A DNA stretch of 64,000 nt, from positions 2,728,001 to 2,792,000 of the forward strand of contig OZ059897.1 in the NCBI GenBank assembly GCA_964057225.1. Direction: 5' to 3'. Positions 55,201-64,000 of the stretch are shown one piece after another. Position numbers and translations under genes: made by a program. The stretch is from Auanema rhodensis. Its lineage: Eukaryota > Animalia > Nematoda. The notes below the pieces were generated by a model. The model had not been told where the DNA came from and did not search any database. It was given only the letters and a program-made list of their open reading frames with translations. Numbering within the stretch: position 1 is the first letter of the stretch; each line of letters starts with the position of its first letter.

Positions 55201-55854
55201 TGCACATGGGAACTCAACATACACTAATGCATTATTTTTCAAACGATCATAACTAATTTTTGTATAGAGCGTTTCTCAATGTCGTATAGTGCATTCGATG
55301 AGAATTTTTAAGCTGCGTTGATCTGTGTTATCTGATTTGAGTTAACTTAAAAATGCACCGAGATATCAACTGATATAGGTTCACACTTATATCCTCGATT
55401 TTCACCCTGAAGAAATGATTTTTTCGTTGAAAAACATTGTCCATCGTCTTCGTCTTGAAAAAAGGAATCTAAAAACATCTACTTTTTGTGAAATTATTCA
55501 GAAATTTTTCGGGAAAATTTTTGTCAAAATGTTTTTGGAAGCAATGTTGAGTGTACATGGGAACTCAACATACACTAATGCATTATTTTTCAAACGATCA
55601 TAACTAATTTTTGTATGGAGCGTTTCTCAATGTAGTATAGTGCATTCGATGCGGATTTTTAAGCTGCGTTGATCTGTGTTATCAGATTTGAGTTAGCTTA
55701 AAAATGCACCGAGATATCAACTGATATATGTTCACACTTATATCCTCGATTTTCACCCTGAAGAAATGATTTTTTCGTTGAATAACATTGTCCATCGTCT
55801 TCGTCTTGAAAAAAGGAATCTAAAAACATCTACTTTTTGTGAAATTATTTAGAA

Positions 55855-57653
55855 ATTTTTCGGGAAAATTTTTGTCAAAATGTTTTTGGAAGCAATGTTG
55901 AGTGTACATGGGAACTCAACACACACTAATGCATTATTTTTCAAACGATCATAACTAATTTTTGTATTAAGCTTTTCTCAATGTAGTATAGTGCAGTCGA
56001 TGCGGATTTTTAAGCTGCGTCGATCTGTGTTATCAGATTTGCGCTAGCTTAAAAATGCTCCGAGATATCAACTTATATAAGTTCACACTTATATCCTCGA
56101 TTTTCACCCTGATGAATTAATTTTTTCGTTGAATAACATTGTCGATCGTCTTTGCCTTGAAAAAAGGAATCTAAAAACATTTACTTTTTGTGAAATTATT
56201 TAGAAATTTTTCGGGAAACTTTTTGTCAAAATGTTTTTGGAAGCAATGTTGAGTGTACATGGGAACTCAACATACACTAATGCATTATTTTTCAAACGAT
56301 CATAACTAATTTTTGTATGGAGCGTTTCTCAATGTAGTATAGTGCATTCGATGCGGATTTTTAAGCTGCGTTGATCTGTGTTATCAGATTTGAGTTAGCT
56401 TAAAAATGAACCGAGATATCAACTGATATATGTTCACACTTATATCCTCGATTTTCACCCTGAAGAATTAAATTTTTCGTTGAATAACATTGTCCATCGT
56501 CTTTGCCTTGAAAAAAGAAATCTAAAAACATCTACTTTTTGTGAAATTATTTAGAAATTTTTCGGGAAAATTTTTGTCACAATGTTTTTGGAAGCAATGT
56601 TGAGTGCACATGGGAACTCAACATACACTAATGCATTATTTTTCAAACGATCATAACTAATTTTTGTATAGAGCGTTTCTCAATGTCGTATAGTGCATTC
56701 GATGCGAATTTTTAAGCTGCGTTGATCTGTGTTATCTGATTTGAGTTAACTTAAAAATGCACCGAGATATCAACTGATATAGGTTCACACTTATATCCTC
56801 GATTTTCACCCTGAAGAAATGATTTTTTCGTTGAAAAACATTGTCCATCGTCTTTGTCTTGAAAAAAGGAATCTAAAAACATCTACTTTTTGTGAAATTA
56901 TTCAGAAATTTTTCGGGAAAATTTTTGTCAAAATGTTTTTGGAAGCAATGTTGAGTGTACATGGGAACTCAACACACACTAATGCATTATTTTTCAAACG
57001 ATCATAACTAATTTTTGTATTAAGCTTTTCTCAATGTAGTATAGTGCAGTCGATGCGGATTTTTAAGCTGCGTCGATCTGTGTTATCAGATTTGCGCTAG
57101 CTTAAAAATGCTCCGAGATATCAACTTATATAAGTTCACACTTATATCCTCGATTTTCACCCTGATGAATTAATTTTTTCGTTGAATAACATTGTCGATC
57201 GTCTTTGCCTTGAAAAAAGGAATCTAAAAACATTTACTTTTTGTGAAATTATTTAGAAATTTTTCGGGAAACTTTTTGTCAAAATGTTTTTGGAAGCAAT
57301 GTTGAGTGTACATGGGAACTCAACATACACTAATGCATTCTTTTTCAAACGATCATAACTAATTTTTGTATGGAGCGTTTCTCAATGTAGTATAGTGCAT
57401 TCGATGCGGATTTTTAAGCTGCGTTGATCTGTGTTATCAGATTTGAGTTAGCTTAAAAATGCACCGAGATATCAACTGATATATGTTCACACTTATATCC
57501 TCGATTTTCACCCTGAAGAATTAAATTTTTCGTTGAATAACATTGTCCATCGTCTTTGCCTTGAAAAAAGAAATCTAAAAACATCTACTTTTTGTGAAAT
57601 TATTTAGAAATTTTTCGGGAAAATTTTTGTCACAATGTTTTTGGAAGCAATGT
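55855..57653 (+). repeat. Duplication at 3-monomer offset (1053 bp)
   Basis: CTGATGAATT at 56109/57162 and ATTAAATTTT at 56467/57520. Confidence 0.87.
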
Positions 57654-57939
57654 TAAGTGTACATGGGAACTCAACACACACTAATGCATTATTTTTCAAA
57701 CGATCATAACTAATTTTTGTATTAAGCTTTTCTCAATGTAGTATAGTGCAGTCGATGCGGATTTTTAAGCTGCGTTGATCTGTGTTATCAGATTTGAGTT
57801 AGCTTAAAAATGCACCGAGATATCAACTGATATATGTTCACACTTATATCCTCGATTTTCACCCTGAAGAAATGATTTTTTCGTTGAAAAACATTGTCCA
57901 TCGTATTCGTCTTGAAAAAAGGAATCTAAAAACATCTAC

Positions 57940-60900
57940 TTTTTGTGAAATTATTTAGAAATTTTTCGGGAAAATTTTTGTCAAAATGTTTTTGGAAGCA
58001 ATGTTGAGTGTACATGGGAACTCAACATACACTAATGCATTATTTTTCAAACGATCATAACTAATTTTTGTATAGAGCGTTTCTTAATGTAGTATAGTGC
58101 ATTCGATGCGGATTTTTAAGCTGCGTCGATCTGTGATATCAGATTTGAGTTAACTTAAAAATGCACCGAGATATCAACTGATATATGTTCACACTTATAT
58201 CCTCGATTTTCACCCTGAAGAATTAATTTTTTCGTTAAATAACATTGTCCATCGTCTTTGCCTTGAAAAAAGAAATCTAAAAACATCTACTTTTTGTGAA
58301 ATTATTTAGAAATTTTTCGGGAAACTTTTTGTCACAATGTTTTTGGAAGCAATGTTAAGTGTACATGGGAACTCAACACACACTAATGCATTATTTTTCA
58401 AACGATCATAACTAATTTTTGTATTAAGCTTTTCTCAATGTAGTATAGTGCAGTCGATGCGGATTTTTAAGCTGCGTTGATCTGTGTTATCAGATTTGAG
58501 TTAGCTTAAAAATGCACCGAGATATCAACTGATATATGTTCACACTTATATCCTCGATTTTCACCCTGAAGAATTAATTTTTTCGTTAAATAACATTGTC
58601 CATCGTCTTTGCCTTGAAAAAAGAAATCTAAAAACATCTACTTTTTGTGAAATTATTTCGAAATTTTTCGGGAAAATTTTTGTCACAATGTTTTTGGAAG
58701 CAATGTTAAGTGTACATTGGAACTCAACACACACTAATGCATTATTTTTCAAACGATCATAACTAATTTTTGTATTAAGCTTTTCTCAATGTAGTATAGT
58801 GCAGTCGATGCGGATTTTTAAGCTGCGTCGATCTGTGTTATCAGATTTGCGCTAGCTTAAAAATGCTCCGAGATATCAACTTATATAAGTTCACACTTAT
58901 ATCCTCGATTTTCACCCTGAAGAATTAATTTTTTCGTTGAATAACATTGTCGATCGTCTTTGCCTTGAAAAAAGGAATCTAAAAACATTTACTTTTTGTG
59001 AAATTATTCAGAAATTTTTCGGGAAAATTTTTGTCAAAATGTTTTTGGAAGCAATGTTGAGTGTACATGGGAACTCAACATACACTAATGCATTATTTTT
59101 CAAACGATCATAACTAATTTTTGTATAGAGCGTTTCTCAATGTAGTATAGTGCATTCGATGCGGATTTTTAAGCTGCGTCGATCTGTGTTATCAGATTTG
59201 CGCTAGCTTAAAAATGCTCCGAGATAACAACTTATATATGTTCACACTTATTTCCTCGATTTTCACCCTGAAGAATTAATTTTTTCGTTGAATAACATTG
59301 TCCATCGTCTTTGCCTTGAAAAAAGAAATCTAAAAACTCCTACTTTTTGTGAAATTATTTAGAAATTTTTCGGGAAAATTTTTGTCAAAATGTTTTTGGA
59401 AGCAATGTTGAGTGTACATGGGAACTCAACATACACTAATGCATTATTTTTCAAACGATCATAACTAATTTTTGTATTAAGCTTTTCTCAATGTAGTATA
59501 GTGCAGTCGATGCGGATTTTTAAGCTGCGTCGATCTGTGTTATCAGATTTGCGCTAGCTTAAAAATGCTCCGAGATATCAACTTATATAAGTTCACACTT
59601 ATATCCTCGATTTTCACCCTGAAGAATTAATTTTTTCGTTGAATAACATTGTCGATCGTCTTTGCCTTGAAAAAAGGAATCTAAAAACATTTACTTTTTG
59701 TGAAATTATTCAGAAATTTTTCGGGAAAATTTTTGTCAAAATGTTTTTGGAAGCAATGTTGAGTGTACATGGGAACTCAACATACACTAATGCATTATTT
59801 TTCAAACGATCATAACTAATTTTTGTATAGAGCGTTTCTCAATGTAGTGTAGTGCATTTGATGCGGATTTTTAAGCTGCGTCGATCTGTGTTATCAGATT
59901 TGAGTTAGCTTAAAAATGCACCGAGATATCAACTGATATAGGTTCACACTTATATCCTCGATTTTCACCCTGAAGAATTAATTTTTTCGTTGAATAACAT
60001 TGTCCATCGTCTTTGCCTTGAAAAAAGAAATCTAAAAACTCCTACTTTTTGTGAAATTATTTAGAAATTTTTCGGGAAAATTTTTGTCAAAATGTTTTTG
60101 GAAGCAATGTTGAGTGTACATGGGAACTCAACATACACTAATGCATTATTTTTCAAACGATCATAACTAATTTTTGTATAGAGCGTTTCTTAATGTAGTA
60201 TAGTGCATTCGATGCGGATTTTTAAGCTGCGTCGATCTGTGATATCAGATTTGAGTTAACTTAAAAATGCACCGAGATATCAACTGATATATGTTCACAC
60301 TTATATCCTCGATTTTCACCCTGAAGAATTAATTTTTTCGTTAAATAACATTGTCCATCGTCTTTGCCTTGAAAAAAGAAATCTAAAAACATCTACTTTT
60401 TGTGAAATTATTTAGAAATTTTTCGGGAAACTTTTTGTCACAATGTTTTTGGAAGCAATGTTAAGTGTACATGGGAACTCAACACACACTAATGCATTAT
60501 TTTTCAAACGATCATAACTAATTTTTGTATTAAGCTTTTCTCAATGTAGTATAGTGCAGTCGATGCGGATTTTTAAGCTGCGTTGATCTGTGTTATCAGA
60601 TTTGAGTTAGCTTAAAAATGCACCGAGATATCAACTGATATATGTTCACACTTATATCCTCGATTTTCACCCTGAAGAATTAATTTTTTCGTTAAATAAC
60701 ATTGTCCATCGTCTTTGCCTTGAAAAAAGAAATCTAAAAACATCTACTTTTTGTGAAATTATTTCGAAATTTTTCGGGAAAATTTTTGTCACAATGTTTT
60801 TGGAAGCAATGTTAAGTGTACATTGGAACTCAACACACACTAATGCATTATTTTTCAAACGATCATAACTAATTTTTGTATTAAGCTTTTCTCAATGTAG

Positions 60901-62295
60901 TATAGTGCAGTCGATGCGGATTTTTAAGCTGCGTCGATCTGTGTTATCAGATTTGCGCTAGCTTAAAAATGCTCCGAGATATCAACTTATATAAGTTCAC
61001 ACTTATATCCTCGATTTTCACCCTGAAGAATTAATTTTTTCGTTGAATAACATTGTCGATCGTCTTTGCCTTGAAAAAAGGAATCTAAAAACATTTACTT
61101 TTTGTGAAATTATTCAGAAATTTTTCGGGAAAATTTTTGTCAAAATGTTTTTGGAAGCAATGTTGAGTGTACATGGGAACTCAACATACACTAATGCATT
61201 ATTTTTCAAACGATCATAACTAATTTTTGTATAGAGCGTTTCTCAATGTAGTATAGTGCATTCGATGCGGATTTTTAAGCTGCGTCGATCTGTGTTATCA
61301 GATTTGCGCTAGCTTAAAAATGCTCCGAGATAACAACTTATATATGTTCACACTTATTTCCTCGATTTTCACCCTGAAGAATTAATTTTTTCGTTGAATA
61401 ACATTGTCCATCGTCTTTGCCTTGAAAAAAGAAATCTAAAAACTCCTACTTTTTGTGAAATTATTTAGAAATTTTTCGGGAAAATTTTTGTCAAAATGTT
61501 TTTGGAAGCAATGTTGAGTGTACATGGGAACTCAACATACACTAATGCATTATTTTTCAAACGATCATAACTAATTTTTGTATTAAGCTTTTCTCAATGT
61601 AGTATAGTGCAGTCGATGCGGATTTTTAAGCTGCGTCGATCTGTGTTATCAGATTTGCGCTAGCTTAAAAATGCTCCGAGATATCAACTTATATAAGTTC
61701 ACACTTATATCCTCGATTTTCACCCTGAAGAATTAATTTTTTCGTTGAATAACATTGTCGATCGTCTTTGCCTTGAAAAAAGGAATCTAAAAACATTTAC
61801 TTTTTGTGAAATTATTCAGAAATTTTTCGGGAAAATTTTTGTCAAAATGTTTTTGGAAGCAATGTTGAGTGTACATGGGAACTCAACATACACTAATGCA
61901 TTATTTTTCAAACGATCATAACTAATTTTTGTATAGAGCGTTTCTCAATGTAGTGTAGTGCATTTGATGCGGATTTTTAAGCTGCGTCGATCTGTGTTAT
62001 CAGATTTGAGTTAGCTTAAAAATGCACCGAGATATCAACTGATATAGGTTCACACTTATATCCTCGATTTTCACCCTGAAGAATTAATTTTTTCGTTGAA
62101 TAACATTGTCCATCGTCTTTGCCTTGAAAAAAGAAATCTAAAAACTCCTACTTTTTGTGAAATTATTTAGAAATTTTTCGGGAAAATTTTTGTCAAAATG
62201 TTTTTGGAAGCAATGTTGAGTGTACATGGGAACTCAACATACACTAATGCATTATTTTTCAAACGATCATAACTAATTTTTGTATAGAGCGTTTC
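57940..62295 (+). repeat. Tandem 6-mer duplication (2106 bp)
   Basis: ATTTCGAAAT plus ACATTGGAAC in the monomers at 58574/60680, and GTAGTGTAGTGCATTTG at 59844/61950. Confidence 0.9.
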
Positions 62296-64000
62296 TCATT
62301 GTAGTATAGTGCATTCGATGCGGATTTTTAAGCTGCGTCGATCTGTGTTATCAGATTTGCGCTAGCTTAAAAATGCTCCGAGATAACAACTTATATAAGT
62401 TCACACTTATTTCCTCGATTTTCACCCTGAAGAATTAATTTTTTCGTTGAATAACATTGTCCATCGTCTTTGCCTTAAAAAAAGAAATCTAAAAACTCCT
62501 ACTTTTTGTGAAATTATTTAGAAATTTTTCGGGAAAATTTTTGTCAAAATGTTTTTGGAAGCAATGTTGAGTGTACATGGGAACTCAACATACACTAATG
62601 CATTATTTTTCAAACGATCATAACTAATTTTTGTATAGAGCGTTTCTCAATGTAGTATAGTGCATTCGATGCGGATTTTTAAGCTGCGTTGATCTGTGTT
62701 ATCAGATTTGCGCTAGCTTAAAAATGCTCCGAGATATCAACTTATATAAGTTCACACTTATATCCTCGATTTTCACCCTGAAGAATTAATTTTTTCGTTG
62801 AATAACATTGTCCATCGTCTTTGCCTTGAAAAAAGAAATCTAAAAACATCTACTTTTTGTGAAATTATTTAGAAATTTTTCGGGAAAATTTTTGTCACAA
62901 TGTTTTTGGAAGCAATGTTGAGTGTACATGGGAACTCAGCATACACTAATGCATTATTTTTCAAACGATCATAACTAATTTTTGTATAGAGCGTTTTTCA
63001 ATGTAGTATAGCGCATTCGATGCGGATTTTTAAGCTGCGTCGATCTGTGTTATCAGATTTGAGGTAGCTTAAAAATGCACCGAGATATCAACTGATATAT
63101 GTTCACACTTATATCCTCAATTTTCACCCTGAAGAAATGATTTTTTCGTTGAAAAACATTGTCCATCGTATTTGTCTTGAAAAAAGGAATCTAAAAACAT
63201 CTACTTTTTGTGAAATTATTTAGAAATTTTTCGGGAAAATTTTTGTCAAAATGTTTTTGGAAGCAATGTTGAGTGCACATGGGAACTCAACATACACTAA
63301 TGCATTATTTTTCAAACGATCATAACTAATTTTTGTATAGAGCGTTTCTCAATGTCGTATAGTGCATTCGATGCGATTTTTTAAGCTGCGTTGATCTGTG
63401 TTATCTGATTTGAGTTAACTTAAAAATGCACCGAGATATCAACTGATATAGGTTCACACTTATATCCTCGATTTTCACCCTGAAGAAATGATTTTTTCGT
63501 TGAAAAACATTGTCCATCGTCTTCGTCTTGAAAAAAGGAATCTAAAAACATCTACTTTTTGTGAAATTATTCAGAAATTTTTCGGGAAAATTTTTGTCAA
63601 AATGTTTTTGGAAGCAATGTTGAGTGTACATGGGAACTCAACATACACTAATGCATTATTTTTCAAACGATCATAACTAATTTTTGTATGGAGCGTTTCT
63701 CAATGTAGTATAGTGCATTCGATGCGGATTTTTAAGCTGCGTTGATCTGTGTTATCAGATTTGAGTTAGCTTAAAAATGCACCGAGATATCAACTGATAT
63801 ATGTTCACACTTATATCCTCGATTTTCACCCTGAAGAAATGATTTTTTCGTTGAATAACATTGTCCATCGTCTTCGTCTTGAAAAAAGGAATCTAAAAAC
63901 ATCTACTTTTTGTGAAATTATTTAGAAATTTTTCGGGAAAATTTTTGTCAAAATGTTTTTGGAAGCAATGTTGAGTGTACATGGGAACTCAACACACACT

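Larger units (their letters stand above)
1..64000 (+). repeat. Tandem satellite DNA array, 351-bp monomer, about 182 head-to-tail copies, running off both window edges
   Basis: The position after the landmark TCACCCTGAAGAA recurs at 317, 668, 1019, 1369, 1720 ... 63488, 63839. ORF-track starts differ by multiples of 351 (e.g. 2773-2422=351; 63488-44885=53x351). No non-satellite sequence or strand switch was seen. Confidence 0.99.
23825..64000 (+). repeat. Right sub-domain with a strict 351-bp period (no net indel over about 114 monomers)
   Basis: 44885-23825=60x351 and 63488-23825=113x351. All intermediate ORF-track coordinates stay in register. Confidence 0.93.

Noticed and set aside
9777-60858. 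Repeated 63-aa - strand ORFs (MKNNALV...SSG)
   Set aside because: They are antisense to the same segment, start at TTG, and are opened only by rare SNPs removing a stop codon.
1369-63676. Repeated 62-aa + strand ORFs (MIFSL...FFKRS) as a tandem gene family
   Set aside because: They are open only when a start-like allele coincides with a non-TAG allele. Most monomers have TTA at the start or an in-frame TAG. The F/K/I/N-rich composition reflects A/T tracts and I recognise no domain.
1-64000. CRISPR array or repeat-spacer/cassette system
   Set aside because: There are no unique spacers: the entire 351 bp is repeated. No cas, integrase, recombinase or reverse transcriptase gene is present.
1-64000. 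Tandem 5S rRNA, tRNA, snRNA or spliced-leader gene array
   Set aside because: The unit size is compatible, but I see no recognisable 5S/tRNA sequence, A/B/C boxes or GC-rich structured core. An Rfam cmscan would be the definitive check.
1-64000. One regular fixed-period higher-order repeat, or combinatorial 'coding' by the variants
   Set aside because: Offsets vary from 1 to more than 40 monomers, and the mosaic alleles are adequately explained by unequal exchange and gene conversion.

Overview
The whole 64-kb window is one uninterrupted, head-to-tail tandem array of an AT-rich satellite DNA. The monomer is 351 bp (about 31% GC by hand count of one monomer), with about 182 copies, all on one strand. 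I see no inversions, transposon insertions, unique spacers, RNA genes or credible protein-coding genes. All 43 ORFs in the track are chance open frames of the monomer. It looks like eukaryotic heterochromatic or (peri)centromeric satellite DNA, but I do not recognise the family or organism. I found no evidence of a novel gene-based system. The interesting content is internal to the array: (i) monomers are mosaics of about 25 recurrent polymorphic sites whose linkage suggests a decayed ancestral ~8-monomer higher-order repeat; (ii) many recent in-register duplications occur at offsets of 1, 2, 3, 4, 5, 6, 12, 13, 17, 23, 34 and 41 monomers; (iii) a left domain holds nine 350-bp monomers, while a 40-kb right domain shows no net indel; (iv) the monomer is rich in dyad symmetry, and many polymorphisms turn near-palindromes into perfect ones. 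Block boundaries were read by eye and are only accurate to the nearest informative SNP.
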